Below are positions 25,041-37,453 of a DNA stretch of 64,000 nt, in pieces. Source of the DNA: Trichosphaerium sp. ATCC 40318 (lineage: Eukaryota; Protista; Tubulinea); NCBI GenBank assembly GCA_038496445.1, contig JALMLS010000064.1:248001-312000 (forward strand), written 5' to 3'. The first letter of the stretch is position 1; each line of letters starts with the position of its first letter. Both the position numbers and the translations under genes were made by a program. The notes under the pieces were generated by a model that had not been told where the DNA came from, ran no database searches, and was given only the letters and a program-made list of their open reading frames with translations.

Positions 25041-27613
25041 ATGGCGCGTATGCAAGGGAATATAGAACGGTTTAAAAATGTTGCTACAATTACAGGCGTA
25101 ACGGATGCGACACCTTTCAAAAAGCAAAAAACAAACGCACAATCAAAGGTAACGTACAGCTATACCACTCTAGTACCATTTTTTTTTAATATCCACTTGA
25201 CTTCATTTCAAAAAAAAATAACTCCATTCAAGCTGCCAACACCCGAAGCACCTTATACGGAGTTTATTTCGATAATCCCGCAAGCTTACAATAAGCTAGA
25301 GAATATTGCAACAAAATACAAAAGCAAAGAAGTGCGTCATGCTCTAAACACGCCAAACGCCAGCGCAATTCACTTACCACGCGTTTTAAAGCAAAAAAAA
25401 AAAACCCTTTTGAAAACGTTTTTTGTTGGAGTTTTTTTTTTTTTTTTCGTTTTGGTCTTGTTGTGACCTTTGTTTTGACGTTATATAGATGTGGGTACAA
25501 CACCCGCGTGTACGACATTATGTCTATAATGTTAACCGTCTCAGCAATAAGAGAATTGATTTTACGGCTATGTTACCAGAGGAAATAGTTGGCGAGATTT
25601 TCTACCTTTTAAAAGATATTGTAGATGCTTTGTATGATTGTGCTCATGGTACGATGGTCTCATATTTTTTTCATCCTTAAAATGCCTTCAGTATTGCTAT
25701 ATGTTAGGGTGACTAGTAATCAGCCGGTCTACCACCACTGATGACTCGCTAAAGAGTGCCCACATTTTTTTCTGTTTGCTTTCCAGATTTTATTTTATTT
25801 TTAGTTTTATCATTCCTAATCACGTGTTCAAAAAAAAAAAAAAGGATGAATACCGAAGTGTACTTAATTGCTTTTAGTTTGTCATAGATGGAGACGTATG
25901 GTTCTTAAATTAGTGAGGAACTATCGATGCACAAACAACGACTTGTCGTTTATAAGAAATCATAGCACTAATTTTTCTTGTTTGAACACGCTTGCTATTC
26001 TAGAAAGAGATCCTTTGAGTTGCATAGATCAAATCAATTCTCTAATCAAAGATGTACCTACTCTTAGGGTATTACAGATTGAACCGACAAACTTGGTTGC
26101 GTTCTGTAAGAAGCTCAATTTTTCACGTGAAATTTTAATTGAACGTGTTGATAGAGACAGTTTTGTACGTTTTTTCCTTTCGTCTCCTTTTCTCTTTTCT
26201 CATCTTTTCGTCTTTACTAAAGACTCTTAAGTATGGTTTTGTACTTGACGCATTCTTACCTCTTTATTAATAGCAATTGGATGCTATAGAAGAGCTTCCG
26301 CAACTTCCAGAGCTTGTTCAACTTTCGAAACTTCATGTTATTTCAAAGACTTGGGTTATTCCCTCTTACAATCAAATGTCTCGTTTGGCTTCTCTGACGC
26401 GTATAACATCTATACAAATAACATTACCTAAACTGGCTACACCACATGTACTTCAGCATCTATCAAGTCACAGATTTCTAGTCAGGTTGAATGTTTTTGA
26501 TCCTTTTTTTGGAGAAGATGGATTTCTTAAAACTTCTTTCAATCATGTCACTTCACTCACACTTCAACTCAATTTTAACCCTCACCAAGTGATAAAACTA
26601 TTCCCATCGCTCCAATCTCTTTCCTTTGTACCTTCATGGGTACGTAACAAAAGATTTTTAAGACAAAACGATTTGATGTCTTTGATTAATGACAACTTTG
26701 TTTAGGATGCTGTTTATAAAAACGGATATGTTAAAAACATGTCTGTACTTTTAAAGCATTTTACCGGACTTAATACTTTATGTCTAAAACATGAATCTAA
26801 ACTTGAAGCAACATGGGGTGGTAATAGCGGGAGTACAGAGATGCTCACCTTATTAAAAAATTACCTAAAACAAAGAAAGGTACATGGCACCTTTTTTTAC
26901 TTCAACACGTTTTTTCTTGTTTTATTCCATTTTATCTTCTTGGCACCCGTTCACCGCTCTTATTTGATTACATAGGTCCCCTTGCGTGAATTGATTTACT
27001 ATGGATGTAGCCAAGACGATGTTAAGTTTCTTAACGGCATAGAAAACGTTACACTACAGATAGACCAAGACGGTTCGTTCTTTTGGATTTTGTTTCGACA
27101 ATAAAATTCTTCTGACTTTTTCGATTAGAAAAGGTTCTAAGAGACTTAACAACGTTATCATCGCTCAAGCGATTGTATTTTACAAGCCATGAACAACTCT
27201 CAGATGTCAATGCGAGTTTAGGTGAACAATTAATGAGAACTCTTCTCCTACTTACTTTTACACTAGTTGCAAGACTTACAACTCTTCAAGAGCTTGATTT
27301 GACAGTATCAGTATCAAAAGCATTAGAATTGACACCTCAACTACAACAACTATCTCATTTGACTACATTGGTGTTACACTCTGTAAGACAGCGTGATTTA
27401 TGTAATCTAGCATTATTAATGGGTACTTTGACTCAACTGGAGCTCCTTCAATTCACACAAATGACGGGAGAGGTTCATGATGACGTTGAAGATATTACAG
27501 CTGCTTATTTTGTAGAGTTGGCTCCTCCCTTACACAAAAACGTTGAGGTTGCTGATCAAGAAGAACAAGAAGCGATAAGAGAGTTACGAGAGGAATATAT
27601 TGAAGGCTTGTGA
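25041..27613 (+). CDS. F-box + LRR protein (multi-exon)
   Basis: IDFTAMLPEEIVGEIFYLL...LLVCHRWRRM F-box; LxxLxL repeats (LTTLQELDL, LSHLTTLVL, LTQLELLQF). Confidence 0.8.
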
Positions 27614-27945
27614 GTGTGAAGATTTCAAAGATCAAAAAAAGGGTTGTAAAGTGTACAGAAGACGCACAATGTCTGTTTTTTTTAAATTTTAAACTATTTA
27701 AGCATTTTTTGATTGTTGTTAAGTGTGAAATGTCACAGTCATTGAATTTTGTTCATCTCCCATTGCCACATAAGCGCGTTATGCTCGACGCGATGGATGA
27801 GCTATTTTTTGATAATTTCAATTGAAGAGTGCTAAGAGCTTACTAATGACTATGTTTGACTTTGGGATGGCGTGTAGGAACTGATTATTTTTATTTTAGT
27901 TTAAAGTTAGAATCACTGCATTGAGCTAAATACTCTGCGGTTAGT

Positions 27946-29446
27946 ATGCAAGAAGTATTACCAAATGAACTGATAGCGCATGTTAGTGGGTTAATATTGT
28001 GGTTTTAGTGTAATTGAGATTTTAGGTGGTTTCCCACGTAGAAATGAAATATCTCGGTGTTGCTGCGCGTGTATCAAGGCTATTTTGCTTTTTCTGCCAG
28101 GTAATCTTAACTGCTTTTTCTGTGGCGATTAATATTGCGTCCAGAAGCGATTAGATAAATACAGGATACAACTGGTACATACAATACAATGTATACTGTT
28201 TAAACAAATACAAATAGGGATCAACCTTTGATACAACGCTATCAACACGCGGTATCAAGTATGAGAACGATAATAAAACAGCAACGACATTTACAAGAGA
28301 GTTCGACACAGCTTTTTTAAAGTACGTATTTTTACAGTTTAAACCTATACAATCTTTAATATTAGAGTAGTATTGACGTTAGGCGAGGTGTTCACTACTT
28401 TGAATTTTTAGTTTTTCGGAGTACGTCATCCAATGTTCATAAAAATCTACAAAATAGCGTCCCGACGCTATCAAATAATATCACGCATCACATAGTGCAG
28501 TTTTATCGCCAAAGCGTAACTAAATATCTCGAAAATAGGCTTAGGACCTTACTCCTACATGATTGGTGTTGGAAATAAACTGCACTGTGCCAAGGCATTA
28601 CATTCACACGGGTAATAACACTAAAAACAGTCAGCAATTTCACTTCTGTCTCTTTCGCTTCAACGAAAACGTTATTTTCTTTGTTGGAGGTATATTAATT
28701 TTGTATTGGTAGGTGGTGTTACAGGTAGGATTGAAGTTCAATTTAAACGAGGTCTTGAGTGTCTTGGTTGTTGACTGGTTTTTTTTTTCTGTTAGGAGTT
28801 CAGGTACAAGGTCACCACCTGATGGGGGAAGTACTTATGGTACTCCTTATAGAAGTGATTCAAAGATTGGTGTGGTACGAGACTTGATTTTTTTGTTATT
28901 TTTTTTTTGGGTGAAATTTTAACTCGTCGGGTAGTTGCTCGACATGGACGAAGTACGCCTTTCTTTATATGAAAATAATATCATTGAATACATGTATGAA
29001 ATGTTGTATAGGGAAGTCTTAGATTTTATAATGACGGAGAGGATCAAGGTATGCTCTTTTTTTTGCTTTAAAGAAAAATTAGACTCAAGAAAAGTGAAAA
29101 CCAGGTGTTGCATGGGACAACTTAAAAAAGATTCCAAGCAATAAGCTACACGGAAGAAAACCAATCACTATACTTAATATTGGCGTATGTATTAAATCAA
29201 CATAATTTTTTCAAAGATTATAGAGTTACTAAGGGTGCTGTTAGGTGTCATTGAACAATGTGTGCGTTTTTTTTTTGTTCACAAAAAAAAAAAAAAAGTC
29301 GGGTACAAATAAAAGTGTTATTGATAATTTTTAGAGGTGATTCTGCCACACTTGTAAGGTATGTTCCCAAGCGATATGGTTGTACAAAAGAGAGGTTTTG
29401 GGAAAACCCTGAAGAAGAAGTGTTGAAGGAAGAAGAGAAAAGTTGA
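27946..29446 (+). CDS. F-box + SPRY/B30.2 domain protein
   Basis: MQEVLPNELIAH|V...AARVSRLF F-box; GVHYFEF, YMIGV and YGTPYRSDSKIGV|LLDMD SPRY motifs. Confidence 0.72.
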
Positions 29447-29653
29447 TATAATCTTCGCTGTGAGAGCGAGAGAAAGTAACAAATATTCGAAAAAGAGAAT
29501 GATAAAGAACTTCAACTAAAGTGTAAATTAAAAAACAAAAAGATTTCATTCAACCTAGTGTCACGTGTTTCAAAAAACCAGTATTTTTATTTTTTTATTA
29601 TATTCCTTTTGAACGTATTCTAATACGGAGGTATGCATATGTGTATGGCGGAG

Positions 29654-30722
29654 CTAATCGTCCCACTCATCTAGAGTAATTGTTTAATATTTCCAATTTA
29701 CTAAAAAACTGGTGTAAAATTGTACCTTCATCAACACCGTCCATTTCATCTTGTGGAAGCGGGTCTTCATGTTCCATCTGGTTAGATAATTGAGAGATTT
29801 GGTTCATTACTTCACCACCTTCCAAATGAGAAAACTAGACGCATGAGAGTAAGTCAAAAAAAAAAAAGGTTTTGTTGTACTTCCAACAAGAAAAAAATGA
29901 GAATTAGAAAAATTATTTGTACTCACCTCAGACATGTCATTAGATCTCACTCTATCAATAAACACAAATGGCCCTTTCGTGTAGATTGTAAGACGAATAC
30001 CAACTTTGAGTTTAAGGTTCTTTGCTTTATCAATCGGACACAAGAACTCAAATCTCCCCTGAAAAAAAAATACAAAATTAATACAAATTAAACAACAACT
30101 TGGACAAAAACAGTTGTACTTTTACCGCAGCCAACATTCGTACCTTTACTGTAGGATGTAAATCCTTGCTGGACAGAATATCTTTAGGGTCTGGAGTATC
30201 AGCACGGTCTTGAAAACAAATTAGAACACGAGTTATCGATGTAAGTTTTAGCCAGATTTTTTTTTTTTTGAAACTGTTGCAGTTGTACCTTCGAGTTCCT
30301 TCTTAAAAGCATCGAAAGTGAGTCTGACGTCGCTTGGTTTATCCCATTGAGGGTGTTGTTCATTCTCTTATGAAGTTTAAGGCGTTATTGTTTTTCAGGT
30401 GTCTAAAGCGTACGGTAGTTGTTGTATACGCGTCGTTGTAGCCGTCCTTGTATTAATAAGTAGAGTTTTAGAAAGGTAACGCGAAATCAATGTACCATCT
30501 GTGATATCGAGCACTATTGCGGTGTATCTGACAATATCTGTCTTAGTTGTTATTGTGTGAAACTTATCAGCCACTAATTTGCCCTCGCAGACATACTAAT
30601 ACAGTGTTACGTTGTTCTGACGCCGATTTGTTTTAATTATTATAACTTCGTACGCCAACGCCTTTTGTCCATGCATCTACGTCCCATGCTGCTTTTTTGT
30701 AGAATCCTGAGCTTGTTGACAT
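29654..30722 (-). CDS. ARPIN: Arpin (Arp2/3 inhibitor)
   Basis: AAWDVDAW...VCEGKL...HTI...RY, DVRLTFDAFK and FLCP...LKLKVGIRL.IYTKGPF.FID match the Arpin core as recalled; acidic C-terminus EMDGVDEDEWDD*. Confidence 0.82.
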
Positions 30723-32115
30723 TCTTAACGTCCAAATTATGGATAGCTTATTTTACAAGTGACTTATTTTCGCGTTTAACCGCTTAGGATCCAAGAGTAA
30801 AAAGCGCTAATTACCTTGTGTGCGGTGCATTGCTGTTTTGAAATGTTCACGTTTGTCTGTATGGAAGTAGTTACTGAAAACAAAGCACCAACTGTGAGAA
30901 CAAAAATGATTTTTCAGCAAAACCTTCGACTGTGGGGACCTTTAACCCTTCGAATCAAGCATGGTTCTTTGAGGTAGCAAGAGGATACACTCTGGTTGCA
31001 TCGTAACATCTCCGGGGGTACTAACAATTGCAGTCTACTAGTTTATAAACACGTTGGAAGTTCGAATAAAAAAATTGTGGTTTTGCGCTTCCTTCGTTAA
31101 AGTAACCCGCACTAGCGTAAACAACTTGTTGCGCATATTTGTGCTGCTTTATATTTCGAACATCCAAAATATCAATCAAAAAAAAAGTGCAAGTCCATTT
31201 CTTTTTCTTTCTTTGCATAGTACGCCACAAAGAATCTGTGTCGTTTAGATTTACGCCACGACTTTGGCTGCTATTTGAAGTTAAATATGGTATTTTGATA
31301 CAAACAATAAATGCAGCTTTACAGCATGTTCGTGGTTTAAGCCGAGTATTTGGTTCCGCCTACACTATGCGACAGCTTAGAGTAGGGCGTGCTTATTCCG
31401 CACTGGCGGTAAAAGCTTGTTTTAGTTTCAAAAATTTCAACAAAAAAGCTCTAGTGGCAACCGTGAGGGTTCTTTGCGCGTGGAGGGACTCAACTACTTT
31501 GCTGTGCCAGCTTTTGTTGCAAGCGCGCTCAGTTCTGCAGAAGTACTAGTAAAGTGGACCACCGTCTATGTACCTTAGCTCAGCTCCTTTACGTTGAAGT
31601 TTTATCAGGATCCTAATTAGCACAGCACAGCTTTTTGGCTTGAACTCTGGCTTGTATGTTTCTCGACACCGTGGTGGAAAGTATATCAGTTTCTTATTGA
31701 TAAACTATTTTACGGCAAAAAAAAGTAGCAGTAGATGCTTTGCAAACAGTCCAACTGTGATTCCTCTGCGCATACCAAGCAATTCCTGAACTACTTAGGC
31801 CAAATAGAGCAAACAATCCTGTTTTGACGTATGTTACACTCATTACATGTAAAAGACAAATCTACAACTTTTCGTGGTTGTTTGAGGGTATTTGAAGTAT
31901 AGCGCAACCTCGTCCTAATTAGGAGCAAAACAATTTAGGCATCACTTAAACGCAGTTCAGCGTAAAAATGCTTAAAACTGCGAGAAAAAAGCAGCCAGTA
32001 ATTTTTGAAAAAAAAATCATGATTGATAAGTTGTAACTTAATGTGGCAGAAATAACCACATTTTTAAGCACAATTACAGCAACCACTACCAACCAACAAC
32101 ACCTCAACGCAAGAA

Positions 32116-33169
32116 ATGGAACCTACTACAACAACAGCACCTATTGCACCAAACAAACGTCGATTTGAAGTTGCGCCATTGCGATGTACTTGGACGCTTC
32201 CCAGGACGCTGACAATAGACCCTACAAAGCCTTGGAGAAGCTCAAACATCTCTGTAGAGGCGTTAGCGTATATCCAAACAGATGTTTTCCAAAATCTGGT
32301 TGCAAAGGACCCAAACTTGAGATACAATGGAGAGTTAGCCGCACACATTCTCAGAAGATTCAATACATTACCAAGTTGTGGAGTGTTTGATGCGTTACAG
32401 GAATACCTCGCTCCGCATTTGAAAATGAAAATCCCAAGAGATCAAAAGTCTATTGCAACTGCCTTGGCTTTACACGATCCCCTCTTCTTTAAACGATGGT
32501 ACAAGCTAGCTGAGCAAAACGTTGTATATACGAAAAAATGGTATACTAAAAGGCTCGAAGAACCTTCAGAACCAAGCAAAAAAATTGACATCCAACCAGC
32601 GAGGTACACACTGTTTTTTGTTTATTATTTTGGAAGGCATTGAACTTACAACTTTTAGTGGACATCCTGTTATCCTACCTAAGGAGCTATTGGGGATAAT
32701 TTGTGAAGAATGTGTTCTTCTAGGAGCAGTAGAAGTGCGAGAAGTGTGCTTCAACTTTTGCCTTTCTTTCAACAATGTGTTAGAAACCAAATACCGCCCA
32801 GTTAGTGTCGAGACAAGGATAGGGGAAACTAAAATACCGTATGTAACCCAGAAACTACTTGATTCTCTACAACGATCTATTTTCTGGAAAGTTGCACTCT
32901 GCAAGCACAGATACGGCAAAACTCATATTGATTCGGGGTTCCTAGTGTCTCGCATACTATGTTGCTTTGATAACCCTCAAGTAAACTTGTATCACTTTAA
33001 CAAGATACTTACAGAACTTCACCATCAAGGTCATATTACAACTCCCCTTCGGCTCATGAAGAAGCTATTGCGAAAATACGACCCATCTTTTGCGCACTAT
33101 TTCTACGCCAAAGCAACTCGTAACATGCCTTCGAAACCACGTGTAAAAAGGACTATCAAACGTATGTAG
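32116..33169 (+). CDS. Hypothetical protein with internal F-box-like motif (2 exons)
   Basis: Two long ORFs joinable by a GT-AG intron (~32604-32659); LPKELLGIICEEC. Confidence 0.55.
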
Positions 33170-33539
33170 AAGTCAAACAATAAACTCTACAAATTTTCTG
33201 TTCATTGTTTTCGTGCCTTGAATCGAAACGTCTTTCGTACTTTCTATTGTTATCCTAACAGTTAAATCTTAAGAGTTTCCTGTTATTCACGTCACTCTCT
33301 TAAGAATGAACTATAACGTTGTATGTGATCGCTTATAAAGTAAAATGTCATCAACAAATTAAGCAGGTATTGACACGTGCAAAAAAAAGGATAGCAATTA
33401 CTTGAGGGAAAGTTACATGGATAATGTACTTACACTGAGCTTTGGTCAGTAGAATAAAGGAACAAATTATCAGAGTGGATGGTGGGAAGCCACACGTAGG
33501 ACACAAGTGCGAGTACTCACTTCAGTAAGTTTCAGTTTA

Positions 33540-33955
33540 CTTTTATACAAAGGAGCAGCTTATTTACAGCAGCATGTATTGCTTGAGCTTCTAAGATTGT
33601 ATCGTCGTTTACCCGACCTAGCGTTATGTCAATACAACCGGCATTAAGTGTCAACAAGAGATGCAAACAGCAACAAACAAGAACTTAAACAAAAACATTA
33701 GTCGTACTTGCTGTCTCCAATTGGCTCGTTGGTATCAGCGTTTATAGCCTTCTACAACAAAAATTAACGTTAATTTACACTTTAAAGTGCTAATTGTTTA
33801 ATGACACTTAAATGATCACCAATAACAATGTAGAAAGCAGCGTACTATTGATTCAGGAAAATTACAAGCGTTACAGTCCATTTCGTATGTAATTCCACCT
33901 AGTACTGTACACCGCCACACATGAGTTTCTTCTTCTTTTTCCTTTGGTTCAGACA
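33540..33955 (-). CDS. Small hypothetical multi-exon protein (ends approximate)
   Basis: MSEPKEKEEETHVWRCT... exon followed by GT-AG-bounded segments KAINADTNEPIGD and LNAGCIDITLG; no recognised family. Confidence 0.35.
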
Positions 33956-34217
33956 TGGTATAATCTTTGTTGATTTTGAATTCAATCGTTGGAAGTGCCT
34001 TAGTTAACACCATTAAGGAACAGTTCAAAAGTTCAGCGAATCAAATGTGTCTTTAGGAACGTGTGAGAGTAACGATACCTAATGATTACCAGCCTTTTCA
34101 TTTGCTTGCACTAAACTACTTCTATTGCAAAAGTATCGCACAGGTTTAGGCAGTACGGTTGTAATAGTATTTAGTGTCCTATAATTTTGGAGATATTAGA
34201 CTACACTGGCCACTGTA

Positions 34218-34490
34218 TTAGCCACCATTCAGATCTCGTGAAGTATTCATCTATTACTTTACGTTTAGCAAACTATTGGTACATTTCTTGTACCGTTTAT
34301 TTGTTTGAGGGTTGGGTCAGGTTTTATTCCAGAAATAATTTGTCGGTTCACACACGTGCGTGATAGGATTGAAGCTTAACGCTTATTCTGTTACAGCGGG
34401 TATTAGAGTTGAGAGTACCCGTTGCTGCTGCCGTTAAGTATTGGCACTATGAAAATTTAGCACACTCACATTTTGCATTTGTTCACGTAA
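34218..34490 (-). pseudogene. Decayed duplicate of the promoter and first codons of the 34861-35952 MORN gene
   Basis: 34241-34490 aligns with 35943-36132; reads MNTSRDLNGG* versus MNTSTTDYSGGLF. Confidence 0.7.
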
Positions 34491-34860
34491 GGTGGCTCAA
34501 GTTCATGAGATTAGACACCGTCGTTGCAACCTAATAAGCGGACACCTAAACATACATCCATGACTTTCTCAAACGCGAACGCATTTTTTGAACAGGAAGG
34601 AAAATCAAAAAGTGAAGGTTCTTAGATACCTAAAGCGCGTACTTCAACACTACCCACAACAATCTTACCTTTAAATCACCTACTTTACCAACTCCTCGTC
34701 AACTCGTAGTTTGGCATTCCAAGCTTGAAATACTAAAGAACTCTAACTTACAGTCATGCTAAAAGGTGTACTAGACCACTTGCATACAACTCATTGCTTG
34801 TATCATTACTCTTTGGTTTTTAATATTACTAAGTCCTAACCTTAATACAGCTTTAAGAAG

Positions 34861-35952
34861 TTATAGTGATCTAAGCGAACGTTTCTTTTTCTTTTTACCC
34901 TTAACATAAAAACACGTGTTCTTTAATTTGCCATCATCATACCACCTCTTGCACTCTCCTTCTCGTTCACCATTGACATAATAAAACTGACACTGTAATT
35001 GCCCATTTTTATACCAACACTTGTACTCTCCTTCTAGTTTGCCCTTGGCATAATAGGACTGGTCCTCCAATTGTCCGTTGTGATACCATCTCTTGTACTG
35101 TCCTTGTCGTTCATCTTTGAAATAATAGAGTTGACACTGTATTTGCCCATTGACATACCAACACTTGTACTCTCCTTCTCGTTTACTATCGACATAGTAG
35201 TACTGCTCCTTTAATTGTCCTTGTCTATACCAACACTTGTACTCTCCTTGTTTTTTATCATTGACATAATTGTACTGTTCGTTTAATTGACCATTGTCAT
35301 GCCACATCTTACATTCTCTATGTCGCAAACCGCTCACATAGTAATCCTTGTATTCTCCTTCTTTCTTGCCATTCTTATAATTAACTTGTTCCTTTATTCT
35401 GCCGACCAAAGCCCAGTAAGTACATTCTCCATGTAACTTCCCATTTAAGTAATTGCTATCTTCTTTTATTTGTCCGTTTGAATACCAAGCTTGATACTTT
35501 CCATCTCTCTTTTCGTTAACATAATTGCTCTTTTCTTTCATTTGCCCACTTTCAAACCATGTCACTTGTGCTCCTTCCCTTTTACCTTTGACACAATAAA
35601 ACTGTCGTTCCAATTGCCTGCTACTATACCAGAAGTTTTGCTCTCTTTCACGCAACCCATCAACATAAATACATTGCTTCTCCAACCCACCGTTTTGATA
35701 CCATTTCTTGTGTTCTCCATCTTGTACACCGTTTTTCCAATACACTTTCTCTACACTCAAGTCTTGTTTGCTTTTTTTTATCCACTTTCCGTGTCTGTTC
35801 ATCTTGTCATCAAACCTTGTATTTGTTGCCGCTTGTTTGGATAAAAGAGGCCAAATTAAATAAATATCAAAGTCCAAGTCGATAATATCAAGCTGTATCT
35901 CCATTGGAAGGTGAAATAAGCCACCACTGTAATCCGTTGTTGAAGTATTCAT
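34861..35952 (-). CDS. F-box-like + MORN-variant repeat protein (single coding exon)
   Basis: LFHLPMEIQLDI...IYLIWPLLSK, then ~12 x 24-aa repeats EGEYKCWYxNGQLxxxxYYVNG. Confidence 0.9.
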   Translation of the reverse strand: MNTSTTDYSGGLFHLPMEIQLDIIDLDFDIYLIWPLLSKQAATNTRFDDKMNRHGKWIKKSKQDLSVEKVYWKNGVQDGEHKKWYQNGGLEKQCIYVDGLREREQNFWYSSRQLERQFYCVKGKREGAQVTWFESGQMKEKSNYVNEKRDGKYQAWYSNGQIKEDSNYLNGKLHGECTYWALVGRIKEQVNYKNGKKEGEYKDYYVSGLRHRECKMWHDNGQLNEQYNYVNDKKQGEYKCWYRQGQLKEQYYYVDSKREGEYKCWYVNGQIQCQLYYFKDERQGQYKRWYHNGQLEDQSYYAKGKLEGEYKCWYKNGQLQCQFYYVNGEREGECKRWYDDGKLKNTCFYVKGKKKKKRSLRSL

Positions 35953-36535
35953 CTATTACTTCACGTTTAGCAAAACTGCCGTAGGTGCTTGGTTTTACCA
36001 CAAATATATTAACGGTTAACACGTGCGTGAAAGGATTGAAGCTTAACGTTTATTCGATTATTTATGGCGTTGCTGGCTGCTAAGCAATGTTATATTATTA
36101 TTTGAGGTGCACATTGTGTATTGTTCACATAACGGTTTGCAAAGCAGATCTATGATTCTGGAGTTATATGAAAAAGGCACCGAAGGTTTTAAGAATGTCG
36201 TTGTCTTTCTGGTAGTTCCGGTTCTGTTTCAGAATTATCAAAACTAATTTAGATTTTGTTCGCATAATAGCACGTGAATATGGCAAGTGACTGGCTGTGT
36301 ATGGTACGTCACAGATACAGGTTAAAGAACTGTTTACTTAGGTAGCGTAGACGTAGTCAATACGCAGTAGGTACATCACATGTTGTATTTAAGGGCGCTG
36401 AAGTAGGCCCACTTTTAAATGACTTTTTTTTTTCCAATGTCATTTTGTCAAAACAGTGTTTTGTTTTCTTGAAGTATCAAGCTTTAAAACAAGTCAAAAT
36501 ATTTTGTGTCTGACGAGGTACTTATTTATTTGCTA

Positions 36536-37285
36536 CTACGATATTTGCTTATTTTTGACATAGTAGCAGCTACCTGCAATTCGGCCATAGATGTCCCACT
36601 TTGTACACTGCCCTTCTTTCATACCCTCAACAAAATAGCAAAGTTCTTCAATCTTACCATTAACAAACGACTTGTTGTACTGTCCGTGTAGCTTATTATC
36701 TACATAGCAACAATGTATATGTAATTGACCATTGGCGTACCAACGTTTATACTCTCCTTCCTTTACACCCTTGACAAATGTGCATTCTGAAAGCACTTGA
36801 CCGCTGCTGTACCACTGCTTATTCTCTCCTTCTAGTATACCATCAATGTAGTTTGCTTTTGCCCACACCTTGCCACTTAAATGCCAACGGATATACTCTC
36901 CTTCAACCTTATTATTGATGTAGAGACAATGCCCCTTTAACCGACCATTACTGTACCACTGCTTGTATTCACCTTCCATTTTACCATTAACAAAAACTTG
37001 ACTTCGTTTGGTATGTTCGTATAAATCGCAGTAAAGACCAACCCATTTCCCATTCTTTTCAAGCTCATCGTCAAAGCGTGTTGTTGTAGCACTGTATTTT
37101 GATAACAGCGGCCACTTGACATAAACTTCATAGTCCAAATCAGCGATATAATAATGTAGTTCTACTGGGATGCTTAATAAACAAAGGCGCTCCTCTTCAC
37201 TCGCACATATCTATTGTATTTTATTTTATTGTCAGTTACACGTTGTAGCTTTTAAAACCTAGAACGTTACCTTGTGTTTTGTCAT
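36536..37285 (-). CDS. F-box-like + MORN-variant repeat protein (paralogue, 2 exons)
   Basis: MTKHK|ICASEEERLCLLSIPVELHYII...VYVKWPLLSK, then ~6 EGEYKxWYxNG repeats. Confidence 0.88.
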
Positions 37286-37453
37286 TATGTGTTAGAACGT
37301 TCTTCTCCTACTAGTCAAGTCACAGCCAGTAAAATGTAACAGTTAAGGAAGCGTTGAAGATATGATGACTAAAACGAGTACGATACAGGAATAGTCAACG
37401 AGAATAAAACTGAACGTCCGATTTAAGTATTTGAAACTACAGATTTTTACGCA

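Noticed and set aside
25705-25762. Hammerhead-like CTGATGA in an F-box-LRR intron
   Set aside because: A short stem follows (CTC/GAG) but the GAAA core is missing; box order does not fit a C/D snoRNA.
30800-31900. ORFs 31021-31230 (-) and 31139-31549 (+)
   Set aside because: No recognisable domain, non-ATG starts and no consistent splice model.
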